Shown in pieces: positions 1-8,715 of a DNA stretch of 64,000 nt. Each line of letters begins with the position of its first letter. The first letter of the stretch is position 1. The stretch comes from Bacteroidota bacterium (GTDB lineage: Bacteria; Bacteroidota; Bacteroidia; Bacteroidales; VadinHA17): contig JADFDS010000044.1 of the NCBI GenBank assembly GCA_018262715.1, positions 41,527 through 105,526 of the forward strand. The letters run 5' to 3'. The position numbers were made by a program, and so were the translations under genes. A model generated the notes under the pieces. It had not been told where the DNA came from and made no database searches. It saw only the letters and a program-made list of their open reading frames with translations.

Positions 1-1030
1 CAGGACGGAACGAAATGATTACCGGTTCTCCTGTTACATATTTCTCTTCATCCATCTCGCGGCGCGTGATGTCAGCATAAAAGTGATCGCCGGCATTGAT
101 GGTGATCTCGTAGCCCAGGGGGGAAGGTACGATGTCTTCGATGACACCGTGAATATTGTTTATCTGCACGCCGGCTGCACCCTGCCTCGAGAGAAGTACC
201 TCGGTGGCAGCAATTATCAGCAGCCCCGAAGAAGGGTAATCTCCTTTCGGCAGTTTGAATTTCGTTCTGTTGTCAGTTATGCATGAGCAACAGTTATATG
301 ATCTGACAAAAGTGACCCGGAAGAAGTTTTTTATTCCGGCGTAGCGGGCCACGAACCTGTTGGCCGGGTGAGTGAATACCTCGTCAGGGGTCCCTTCCTG
401 GATTATCCGTCCGTTGTGCATCACGCCCACCCTGCTGGCAAGGCTTATCGCTTCGCCGAAGTCATGGGTGACATGCACTATTGTCTGACCGTTCCTGTTG
501 AGACGGCGCAGCATCCGCCTGATGCTGTCCTTCAGGCTGGCATCCACTGAGGCCATCGGCTCGTCGAGAAGGAGTATCTTCGGCTGCGTCACCAGTGTCC
601 TTGCCAGCGCCACTCTCTGTTTTTCCCCGCCCGAGAGGTTCTCAGGCTTGCGAAGAAGCAGGTCGGTAATGTTCATCTCCCCGGCAGTTCGCTGAACCCT
701 GTCAACCCTCTCCTTAAGAGGGAGCTTCATTACCTTCAGGGGGTACATGATGTTGTCCTTCACTGAAAAATGCGGGAAGAGGGCCAGGTCCTGGAATACC
801 AGTCCGATGCCACGGTCCTGTACCCGTTTGCGGGTAATATCCTCACCATCCAGGAATATTTTTCCCTTGTCGGGGGGAGTGAGGCCGCAGATGAGCTCGA
901 GGAGCTGTGTTTTGCCAGCGCCGGAGCGGCCCAGCAGCACATAGTAATCACCCTTTGACACCTCCAGTGATATTTCCTGAAGCAGGAAGGCATCGAGCCT
1001 TTTGCACAGTTTTTCAGTCCGTAGCATCAT
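1..1030 (-). CDS. ABC transporter ATP-binding subunit, molybdate/tungstate type (partial; C-terminus lies beyond window start)
   Basis: Own minus-strand translation from ATG at 1030 gives MMLRTEKLCKRL... It carries Walker A GRSGAGKT, signature LSGGEKQRV, Walker B ILLLDEP and H-loop VTHD, then a TOBE-like tail. It stays open to position 1, so it is absent from the ORF track. It overlaps the permease stop by 17 nt. Confidence 0.85.
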   Translation of the reverse strand, partial: MMLRTEKLCKRLDAFLLQEISLEVSKGDYYVLLGRSGAGKTQLLELICGLTPPDKGKIFLDGEDITRKRVQDRGIGLVFQDLALFPHFSVKDNIMYPLKVMKLPLKERVDRVQRTAGEMNITDLLLRKPENLSGGEKQRVALARTLVTQPKILLLDEPMASVDASLKDSIRRMLRRLNRNGQTIVHVTHDFGEAISLASRVGVMHNGRIIQEGTPDEVFTHPANRFVARYAGIKNFFRVTFVRSYNCCSCITDNRTKFKLPKGDYPSSGLLIIAATEVLLSRQGAAGVQINNIHGVIEDIVPSPLGYEITINAGDHFYADITRREMDEEKYVTGEPVIISFRP

Positions 1031-1823
1031 CTTCCCTCCTGAATATCTGGCGGCGTTCTGTGGCGAGCACCCTGAAGAGCACGAAGAAGAACAGGGCCAC
1101 AAGGATAAATATTATTGAAGCGGGCCTGGCGGCGCTGAGGCCGTAGGTATTGAAGCGGTCATAGATCAGCACAGGGGCAATCATGGGGTGGTACGCGATG
1201 ATCACCACAGCTCCGAACTCGCTCATTCCGCGGGCGAACATCATGATGAAGCCCGACACCACCGACCGCCATGCCTGGGGCAGCGAGATGGTAAAGAATA
1301 TGCGCGACTGTGTTGCGCCGAGCATCAGCGCCGCCTTCTCTGTACGTTCCGGTACCGCTGCGAAGCCGTCGCGGGCAGCATTGATGAGGAAGGGAAGACT
1401 GACGAAGGCCATTGCCAGGGCTATACCGGCACCGTTGTTGACAAGCAGTATGCCCGCTTTCTGAGCTGCACCGCCCAGGAATCCGTCACGTGAGATGAAA
1501 CCCAGCAATGCTATTCCCGCCGCCGTGTGAGGGAGCACCACAGGCAGGTCAATAATACCCTGCACAACATTCTTCAGGGGGAACTTCCTGCGTGCCATGA
1601 TCCATGCCAGGGGTACGGCGCCAACTGCAAATATGATGGTCGCCGCAAAGGCGATGGCCAGGGTGTACCACACGCTGCGTATCACAGCCGGATCTGAGGC
1701 AGTGCTGCGCATCTCTTCAGGGGAGGTATGCAGGAACATGCCGGCCAGCGGTGCTATGATAAAGAGAAGCACCAGCGATGCCAGCAATGCAAAGATCCAG
1801 TTGAAGAGCGTATGGCCTTTCAT
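1014..1823 (-). CDS. ABC transporter permease (ModB/WtpB/CysTW-like)
   Basis: 269 aa, multi-TM. It has an EAA-like loop (ARDGFAAVPERTEKAALMLGAT). It sits in an operon between the binding protein and the ATPase. Confidence 0.85.
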   Translation of the reverse strand: MKGHTLFNWIFALLASLVLLFIIAPLAGMFLHTSPEEMRSTASDPAVIRSVWYTLAIAFAATIIFAVGAVPLAWIMARRKFPLKNVVQGIIDLPVVLPHTAAGIALLGFISRDGFLGGAAQKAGILLVNNGAGIALAMAFVSLPFLINAARDGFAAVPERTEKAALMLGATQSRIFFTISLPQAWRSVVSGFIMMFARGMSEFGAVVIIAYHPMIAPVLIYDRFNTYGLSAARPASIIFILVALFFFVLFRVLATERRQIFRREDDATD

Positions 1824-1831
1824 AGCATTGA

Positions 1832-2800
1832 TTACTTTGCCGGGACGGCAGCCATGAATTTCCTCAGTGATGAAGGCACTGCATCAGTGTCATCGGCAAC
1901 GGCAGGAACAAGCGGGTCCTGGCCACACTTCCTGAAGATTGCGGTGCCCTCTTCGCCAAGCATGAATCCGAAAAACCTCATTGCCAGCTCCTTCTGCGGC
2001 GCCTGGTCAAGAACCGTCCCGGAATAACTTATGTAGTCACCCCGTACCTCCGTGCGTATGCCGGGTGCCTCTCCGGGAATCATGTATGAAACAGTTTCGT
2101 ACTGCTCCGTCAACTGCGGTGACGAGAGGTTGATTTCATCAGGCAATTCCAGGTACTTTAATCCATGCTGGATGGCAACAGATTTATACTGGAACATATA
2201 ATCAATCACACCGGAAGAGACAAGTGCCACCAGGTCAACCTCCTTCGGCCTTATATATTCAGTGTTCTTTCCAAGCAGCGAATCAGCAAGCCCGGACCTG
2301 CCATAATACTCTTCCGCCAGCTTCGCGGCGAAGACCGTGCGATACCCGCACGGATCGGCATCAGGATCAGCCCTGCCCATTATGACATCGTCCTTCAGGA
2401 GGATGTCAGCCCAGTTGTCGTCGCGAAAAATCAATGAGTACTTTGACTCCGCCCTGTATGCAATGACGATCTCGTTTGTTGCAAAACGGATATTCCACGA
2501 TGCATAATCCGGTACAAGCAGGCTGCTTACGACGAAATGATCAGCTGAAAGCATGATGTCACATGGCTTGTCCAGCTCGGTTATCTTGCGTGCAGTATGA
2601 AGGCTTCCGGCTGCCTCGGTGAGGATTGTAACGCCGGGATTTTCTTTCATGAACACTTCGGCAAGTTCCTTGACTGGTACCGAGAGGCTGCCGGCATGGA
2701 GGATGATAAGCTTATTATCGCCCCGTCTGCTGCCACTGCCACCGGTACACCCGGAAAACAGGACAGATATTACCGCCATGACCGACAGGATCTTTCTCAT
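1832..2800 (-). CDS. Periplasmic substrate-binding lipoprotein, molybdate/tungstate (ModA/WtpA-like)
   Basis: 322 aa with lipoprotein signal MRKILSVMAVISVLFSGC. It has an LILHAGSL...AAGS pattern typical of oxyanion-binding proteins. ATGA overlap with the upstream regulator gene. Confidence 0.75.
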   Translation of the reverse strand: MRKILSVMAVISVLFSGCTGGSGSRRGDNKLIILHAGSLSVPVKELAEVFMKENPGVTILTEAAGSLHTARKITELDKPCDIMLSADHFVVSSLLVPDYASWNIRFATNEIVIAYRAESKYSLIFRDDNWADILLKDDVIMGRADPDADPCGYRTVFAAKLAEEYYGRSGLADSLLGKNTEYIRPKEVDLVALVSSGVIDYMFQYKSVAIQHGLKYLELPDEINLSSPQLTEQYETVSYMIPGEAPGIRTEVRGDYISYSGTVLDQAPQKELAMRFFGFMLGEEGTAIFRKCGQDPLVPAVADDTDAVPSSLRKFMAAVPAK

Positions 2801-3189
2801 TTTAACCCGTTTATTTCATTAATCCGGTTAAAGAAGACCTTTGCTATGCTCTTCATGGCAATGTCAGTCTCATGGCGAAGGCTGTTGTAGGCTCTCACCA
2901 GCTGTCGTCCCTTTTCTGACAGGATAGTCCGGCCGCCGGATGCTCCGCCGCGTCTCTTCTCCGTCAGGTTGAAGCCCAGGTGTCGTTCCACGTCGTGGAG
3001 CATGCCCCAGGCCTTGCGGTAACTCATTCCCAGGTTACGGGCGGTTGCAGTGAGTGATCCTGTACGGTCAAGATCAACCAGCAGCCCGAATCCCTCTCCG
3101 TCGAGGATGCGGTCCTTTGAAATTGTCTCAAGCCACATCTCGTACCTGAGGAAAATGTCATAGTAGGGTTGCCCCTTATGTCCTGCCAT
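2797..3189 (-). CDS. ModE-N-like winged-helix transcriptional regulator (no TOBE/Mop domains)
   Basis: 130 aa. The segment LLVDLDRTGSLTATARNLGMSYRKAWGMLHDVERHLGFNLTEKRRGGASGGRTILSEKG matches the ModE N-terminal HTH pattern. It is the first gene of the transporter operon. Confidence 0.7.
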   Translation of the reverse strand: MAGHKGQPYYDIFLRYEMWLETISKDRILDGEGFGLLVDLDRTGSLTATARNLGMSYRKAWGMLHDVERHLGFNLTEKRRGGASGGRTILSEKGRQLVRAYNSLRHETDIAMKSIAKVFFNRINEINGLK

Positions 3190-3201
3190 CGGTAAGACGG
3201 T

Positions 3202-3483
3202 TTACTTGTAGAGACACCTGTATGCGGCGGGTTGTGCAAGCTTCAGTTTGAATTTCTGATTTGCGGGCACCACGAAAGTCTGAAAGGGGGCGTATGTCTT
3301 CCACTCTGTCTCACCTGGAAGGAGGACGGTCATCGTACCTGATACCACAGTCATATACTCGACGGTGGAGGTGCCGAACTCGAAGTCGCCGGCTGCCATA
3401 ACACCTACTGTTGCGCGGCCATCTTCATTCTCCAGTGCCATCGATTTTACGTTTCCCTCAAAATACTCATTTACCTTTATCAT
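3202..3483 (-). CDS. ppnP: Pyrimidine/purine nucleoside phosphorylase PpnP (DUF1255/YaiE family)
   Basis: 93 aa. The pattern VNEYFEGNVKS...GRATVGVM..GDFEFGT...E.MTVVSG...VLLPGETEW..Y is colinear with my recollection of E. coli PpnP. Confidence 0.85.
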   Translation of the reverse strand: MIKVNEYFEGNVKSMALENEDGRATVGVMAAGDFEFGTSTVEYMTVVSGTMTVLLPGETEWKTYAPFQTFVVPANQKFKLKLAQPAAYRCLYK

Positions 3484-3568
3484 GTCCGATTTGTTAAGTG
3501 TCCGGCAAATTTACATTTTTTGCATAACGCTTCCAAACCCGGGGGACTGACGACTTCCGCAAGCGCTA

Positions 3569-4336
3569 TTACTTGAACCGTTCGGTAATGAGGGCCGGCC
3601 ATTCCAGGTCGAGTTCCTTCAGCGTCCTCAGCACCACCTCGGCAACCGCATAGAGCTTCTGCCAGTTCTTGTCGGCGGGGGCCACATGCCACGGCACATC
3701 ATTGCAGCGCGTCAGTATCTTCTGATACACCTTCATATACTGGTCGAACTTCTCGCGTGTATCCCAGTCGCCGTCCTTGTGTTTCCAGTGCTTCTCCTCC
3801 ATCTCTATACGCTCCATCAGCCTCTCCTTCTGCGCCTCCTTCGAGACGTTAAGGAAGAATTTAAGCACCTTCGTGCCGTGATCCTCGAGCATCTTCTCAA
3901 AGGTATTTATCGTTTCATACCTCTTCTCAATTATCTCTGCGGGGATGAATTTCTCCACCGAGGGCACAAGGATATCCTCATAATGTGATCTGATGAAGAC
4001 CTGCATCACACCCTTCGCCGGACAGACATTATGGATCCTCCAGAGGAAGTCGTGCGCATACTCCAGGTCAGTCGGCTTCTTGAAACTGTATACCTCTGTT
4101 CCAACAGGGTTGCAGTATTTCAGGAGTCCCTTCGTCACCCCGTCCTTGCCCGAGGCATCGGTTCCCTGCAGCACAACTATTATGCTGTATTTGCCCTGGG
4201 CATACATCTTGTGCTGAAGCTCACCTATCTCCTCCAGCATCTTGTCAGTCTTCTTTTTAATCTCCTTCTTGTCCCATTCCTTGTTAAATGTGGGGTGCTC
4301 TGATATTTTCATGATTTTACGCTTTTGATTCATCAT
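3569..4336 (-). CDS. Polyphosphate kinase 2 family (polyphosphate:nucleotide phosphotransferase)
   Basis: 255 aa. It has the P-loop-like VLQGTDASGKDG, then FLWRIH and FIRSHYEDILV motifs typical of single-domain PPK2. Confidence 0.85.
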   Translation of the reverse strand: MMNQKRKIMKISEHPTFNKEWDKKEIKKKTDKMLEEIGELQHKMYAQGKYSIIVVLQGTDASGKDGVTKGLLKYCNPVGTEVYSFKKPTDLEYAHDFLWRIHNVCPAKGVMQVFIRSHYEDILVPSVEKFIPAEIIEKRYETINTFEKMLEDHGTKVLKFFLNVSKEAQKERLMERIEMEEKHWKHKDGDWDTREKFDQYMKVYQKILTRCNDVPWHVAPADKNWQKLYAVAEVVLRTLKELDLEWPALITERFK

Positions 4337-4469
4337 CTGCTAAATTAGGAATTAAAGCTGAGGAATTCAGATTTCGAACAAAAATGCACAGTTTTTTAAA
4401 ATTCAGCATTGCTGATATATTAAACCTGTGATTATCTGCGTTGTAAAAAAGCACTAACCCCTAAACATC

Positions 4470-7223
4470 ATGAGAAATTGTCTTTTACACGTTGTTGCTG
4501 TCCTTTTTCTGTTGCCTGTCTTTGCTTCAGCACAGCAGCCTGAGATGAAAAACGGTGTCAGGCCTGACGGTGTGGTTACCGTTCAGGACCTGCATCCATC
4601 GGAGCAGGCTGTACATCCTGCTGCAGCGCGTGCAATGGCGCGCGGTGAGAAACCCGGTGCTTTCAGGAACGTCAGCTATGAACTGGCTCCAAATGTCAGG
4701 ATGCTTACTCCTGCCCAGAAGAGCCGTATCAGGCTGCAGCAGGACGGCATACTCGATCTCTCCGGCGGAGCTTTCAGACCAAGTCCGGATTCTGTTTATC
4801 TTGATCCTGAGAGTGACCTTGTAATGCAGGCGGAGCCAGTGGATGACATACGCATGCTGGCACTCCGGCCATCAATGTCAGCCGTTTTTCAGGACATTGA
4901 CGTACCTGAACAGGAGGTTCCGCTGACACTTGCAAACACCGTGTCAATGGCTGAGGGTGTCATTGAAAGTTCCTTGCAGCTGAACAACAAGTATGCGGTC
5001 AATCTCCGGTTTGACAGTGTTACTTTCGTCCTGGACAAGACTGACAAGGACTCACTACTGGCGACACTCGTCGGACAGATACTGATCACAAATCCCCGTG
5101 TTGAGGGGAAGTATACAAAGAACAACGGTTACCGGCTCGTCTTCCTGGCTTCGGAGCAGGTTGACATGAAGATCTATACCAGCATGAAGCTGAAGGAAGA
5201 GGCCAAAACCCCGATATGGGGAACAGTGATAGAGATGTCAGATCTTGGTAAGTGCGAGATAGGTTTGTTTATACTTGCCACCCTGGAAGGTCATGTGACC
5301 CTGGCGGTGGAGATCCACCAGGGGATTGAGATGGCTATGGGAGCCAAGGGTAATACTTTCTGGTACCTGCCCACGAGCATCAAAAATGTTTCAACTATTG
5401 ATTCATGGTGTGACATTGGTTATGATATTACCTCGCAGATGAAGGCCTTTATAGGCTTCCAGTGCACTGCTAACCTGAAGGTTAAGGGTTACAATGCCCT
5501 TGATGTCTATGTCAACGGAGGAATGGAGGGGACTGTTGCCACTGACGGGATGACCCTTGATGCCGATGTGGGGCTCAGGCTCAAGGCTGGCGGGAAGATA
5601 GTATCAAAGAAATTTACGCTGCTCGACAGCTACTATTCTCTCTGGAAATACAAGAAACCTGATTTTCACGGTTACAGCATGGTTATTCATGAAGCTTGCG
5701 CCTGGGGCGACTATGTTGCCGGGGAGGTTCACACTCTTGTGCCCGGAGATGTACCCGGCGTGACGGAAAAAGTACCGTACAAGGGCAGCCTCACTTTACT
5801 GGTCAGCCGGCCGGATGGTTCGGTGGATCAGATCACATCCGTCACGGGTGATGACGGAGTCTTTATTGCACGTAATGTGCCTCTGAAGAATGGTGACAAG
5901 GTGAGGATCAGGCTGCCTGGCGTGCCAAATCCCAGTCCTGAGCTCAGTGTCACGATACCCTTCAGGGAGGTAAAACTCTATGCAGCGGATTACTTCACAG
6001 GTGTGGCTGAGGGCATTGTTGCCGGTTCAGGCAGCAAATGGGCGAAACTTGCCGGAGCACAGCAGGGATCGTCGCCTGCCGCAGCATCTGTCTTTGCAGG
6101 CGGATCTCCTGCTGACCGTTATAAAGGGGCTGTTCCGCAGCAGGAAGCCGTCAGGCGTCTGAATGAGTTCAGAAATAATCTTACCGTTTACCACGGTCCG
6201 ATAGAGTTCATAACCAGTTCCGGACCTGAGGTGAGGCTGGCCGGTGGACCCCTGAATGTCAGTGGCACCAAAGATAAGTCAGGTCAGAAGACCGGTTCAG
6301 GTACCGCCGGGGCACGCGCAGCTACAGGGCAGGGCACCGGGGCACGCGCAGCTACAGGGCAGGGCACCGGGGCACGCGCAGCTACTGTTCAGAACCCGGG
6401 AGCAAGAAGCACTGTCAGTGCGGGTAACAGGACTCCGGCGAACGTTTCTTCCTCAGCCGGCAAGGCTCTTAGTAACCGTGGCACGGTTGACAATCCTCTT
6501 GGAATGTTCTCGGTGGGCGGCCTCACACTTGAACCGGGACAGAAGGTGAAAGCCCGGATAGAGGTGGAAGGGTTCACGGTGGAGTCGGAGTGGATTGAGA
6601 CCGACGGACTGATGGTTTCAGCTGTTGAGCATGAAAATTTCAGGGCATCAGCCAGGCCCGGAAGCGAGACCTTCTCGGCAGACAGCAGCTTCGTGGTGGT
6701 GAGTGCCATCCGCGGTGAGACTGCTCCGGAAGGAACCGTTACGCTGGTGCGCGGAGCCGATGCACCACATGCGTCACTGACAGCACCCCAGTCCGTACCC
6801 GAGTTCCCCGAGGCAAAAAAGGCAAAGGTATGGTTCAGAAAAGAGGTCAGGCTGGTTCCTCTTGCGGAACACCCGGGTGCTGCCATAGCATCAACCGGAC
6901 CTTGGAACGTGGCATACGGATTCTCATCACCGGGAGATGCCCTGGACCCCCTCAAAAACAGGATGCACCCGTTTGAGATGGTGACTTATGTCTTCAAGGG
7001 AAAGAACCTCGGGTACTCAGTCGTCACGGATGAATGTATATCATGCACCGCTCCGGCTAATGTCATTGACAGGATTGGCAGGGAGAGTATTCCCGGAAGG
7101 CCGTCAGACACAACGGGTCGTCCTGCGACGGTTCACAATGAACCCGGTGGCACGCCGGCGGTCAAGCCCGGCCAGCAGGTAAGAAAGCCGGTGGTTATAA
7201 GACAGAGCAGTCCTACTTATTGA
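4470..7223 (+). CDS. Large secreted hypothetical protein (917 aa) with internal Gly/Ala/Thr tandem repeat
   Basis: N-terminal signal peptide MRNCLLHVVAVLFLLPVFASAQQ and a long uninterrupted ORF. I recognise no family. One CarboxypepD_reg-like stretch is present (LLVSRPDGSVDQITSVTGDDGVFIARNVPLKNGDKVRIRL). Confidence 0.7.
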   Translation: MRNCLLHVVAVLFLLPVFASAQQPEMKNGVRPDGVVTVQDLHPSEQAVHPAAARAMARGEKPGAFRNVSYELAPNVRMLTPAQKSRIRLQQDGILDLSGGAFRPSPDSVYLDPESDLVMQAEPVDDIRMLALRPSMSAVFQDIDVPEQEVPLTLANTVSMAEGVIESSLQLNNKYAVNLRFDSVTFVLDKTDKDSLLATLVGQILITNPRVEGKYTKNNGYRLVFLASEQVDMKIYTSMKLKEEAKTPIWGTVIEMSDLGKCEIGLFILATLEGHVTLAVEIHQGIEMAMGAKGNTFWYLPTSIKNVSTIDSWCDIGYDITSQMKAFIGFQCTANLKVKGYNALDVYVNGGMEGTVATDGMTLDADVGLRLKAGGKIVSKKFTLLDSYYSLWKYKKPDFHGYSMVIHEACAWGDYVAGEVHTLVPGDVPGVTEKVPYKGSLTLLVSRPDGSVDQITSVTGDDGVFIARNVPLKNGDKVRIRLPGVPNPSPELSVTIPFREVKLYAADYFTGVAEGIVAGSGSKWAKLAGAQQGSSPAAASVFAGGSPADRYKGAVPQQEAVRRLNEFRNNLTVYHGPIEFITSSGPEVRLAGGPLNVSGTKDKSGQKTGSGTAGARAATGQGTGARAATGQGTGARAATVQNPGARSTVSAGNRTPANVSSSAGKALSNRGTVDNPLGMFSVGGLTLEPGQKVKARIEVEGFTVESEWIETDGLMVSAVEHENFRASARPGSETFSADSSFVVVSAIRGETAPEGTVTLVRGADAPHASLTAPQSVPEFPEAKKAKVWFRKEVRLVPLAEHPGAAIASTGPWNVAYGFSSPGDALDPLKNRMHPFEMVTYVFKGKNLGYSVVTDECISCTAPANVIDRIGRESIPGRPSDTTGRPATVHNEPGGTPAVKPGQQVRKPVVIRQSSPTY
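6308..6386 (+). repeat. Perfect 30-bp tandem repeat, about 2.6 copies (encodes GTGARAATGQ units)
   Basis: ccggggcacgcgcagctacagggcagggca is repeated head-to-tail at 6308, 6338 and 6368 (the last copy partial). It is in frame inside the 917-aa CDS. Confidence 0.9.
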
Positions 7224-8538
7224 ACAGGACCTTCACGTTACCGGATTTTAGCCTGGTTGAGAGCCATTTCTCAACCTGCTCTTTTTCCTTGACGGTGAGG
7301 TCTTTACCCTTGGTCGTCACTATGACCAGCGCCAGTGTGTCAGGAGTTTCCCTCTCCTTCACATAGTTGAGCGTCCGCGCATAGGAGACCTCTGATACCT
7401 GGGGATAAATTACCGCCATCTCGGCAAGGAGGTCACTTCCCTTTTCCCTTATGGCTGAGATTCCGGTCAGCTCGGCATTCCTCTCCCGGAGAAGCAGGTT
7501 CAGACGGTTGATCTCTGCCTTCAGCGTCTCCACTTCACTGTTTCGTAATGCGAGATCGGCATAGGAGAATCCCTGTTCCACCTGGACATTCACATCCCCG
7601 AGAGAGAAGTCGTTGGCCCGTTCGAGGATATCCTCCTTCTGCACCTCGGTGAGGGATGTGCCTCCGTAGATAAGCTGAATTGTGCGGGTTTTGGGGTTGA
7701 TCTCATGCTTGAGCAGATAGTTGCCTTCAACAACACTGATGTTTTCAACATACATTCCGGCCCGTTCAGTGAATTTCTCCTTCTGAACCATCAGGTATCC
7801 AAAATAAATACTGGGAATCAGCACCAGTGTCAGGACAACCGAGATCATCTGGTTAATCCTCTTTTTCTGCGCATCCGCGATGGTGCCCCTGATAGGAAGC
7901 TTGAGTATCTGTGAGATAAGAAAGGCAGACAGGGCGATGAATACCGTGTTGATGGTGAAGAGGTAAAGGGCCCCGAAGAAAAAGGTGAAATGTCCCGTCG
8001 CAAGGCCGTACCCGGCGGTACAAAGCGGTGGCATGAGAGCCGTGGCGATCGCCACCCCCGGGATGACGTTGCCCTTCTTCCTGCTGGTGATGGCCACAAT
8101 GCCGGCCATTCCTCCGAAAAAGGCGATCAGCACATCATATATGGTAGGGCTGGTGCGGGCAAGCAACTCGGAGTGGGCGGTAGAGATCGGGCTGATGGCA
8201 AAATAGGCGGTGGAGGCCAGAAGACCGGCTATCACGGCAAAGGTGAAGTTCTTCAGTGCCTGCCTGAAGAGGGAGAGGTCATAGGTGGCAATGCTGTATC
8301 CGATGCCGTTGATCGGACCCATCAGCGGAGAGATGAGCATCGCACCAATGATCACTGCGGTGGAATTCATGTTCAGCCCAACCGATGCAACCAGGATGGC
8401 AAAGACCAGGATCCAGAGGTTGGTGCCCTTGAAAACGAGCTCCTTCTCTATGGTGTCATGGATATTTTCATATTCATCGAGGTCACTCTCAAGGTTAATC
8501 AGCTCGAGCATTCTCCTGAGCGGTCTGTTGTATTTCAT
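7213..8538 (-). CDS. DUF389-family integral membrane protein
   Basis: Motif GLNMNSTAVIIGAMLISPLMGPINGIG plus multiple TM segments and a coiled C-terminal half. The track ORF starts at a TTG (8559). I prefer the ATG at 8538 (MKYNRPLRRML). It converges on the 917-aa gene with an 11-nt overlap. Confidence 0.75.
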   Translation of the reverse strand: MKYNRPLRRMLELINLESDLDEYENIHDTIEKELVFKGTNLWILVFAILVASVGLNMNSTAVIIGAMLISPLMGPINGIGYSIATYDLSLFRQALKNFTFAVIAGLLASTAYFAISPISTAHSELLARTSPTIYDVLIAFFGGMAGIVAITSRKKGNVIPGVAIATALMPPLCTAGYGLATGHFTFFFGALYLFTINTVFIALSAFLISQILKLPIRGTIADAQKKRINQMISVVLTLVLIPSIYFGYLMVQKEKFTERAGMYVENISVVEGNYLLKHEINPKTRTIQLIYGGTSLTEVQKEDILERANDFSLGDVNVQVEQGFSYADLALRNSEVETLKAEINRLNLLLRERNAELTGISAIREKGSDLLAEMAVIYPQVSEVSYARTLNYVKERETPDTLALVIVTTKGKDLTVKEKEQVEKWLSTRLKSGNVKVLFNK

Positions 8539-8583
8539 AATCTCTGTTTGCTGATACAAATATAGTTATTTGGGGTATTCTGG

Positions 8584-8712
8584 TCAGGCAACAGTCCAGT
8601 CAGCAGTCTGAGACTGCAGCGGCAGCGCAGGATCAGTCCCGTATCCGCCACCGGCGGATCGGGAAGGCAGTATTAGTAAGCAGCCGGCAGTCTGAGACTG
8701 CACCGCCGGGCG
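8584..8712 (+). repeat. Dispersed palindromic intergenic repeat, copy A (REP/MITE-like)
   Basis: Contains GCAGTCTGAGACTGCAGCGGCAGCGCAGGATCAGTCCCGTATCCGCCACCGGCGGATCGGGAAGGCAGT, plus a second GGCAGTCTGAGACTGCA at 8687-8703. Two hairpin cores are present (GCAGTCT-G-AGACTGC and ATCCGCC-ACC-GGCGGAT). It is homologous to 13691-13807 (inverted) and to 20171-20272. Confidence 0.8.
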
Positions 8713-8715
8713 GAA

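Noticed and set aside
6308-6386. Direct repeats that might suggest a CRISPR array (also 38573..39075 and 20290..20650)
   Set aside because: The units are contiguous with no spacers, in frame inside long CDSs, and have the wrong periods. No cas genes are present.
7990-8565. 191-aa plus-strand ORF antisense to the DUF389 gene (similar cases: 43108..43659, 47395..47937, 6389..6955, 19426..19992)
   Set aside because: All lie opposite genes with recognisable motifs and have Arg/Gly/Pro-rich shadow composition.
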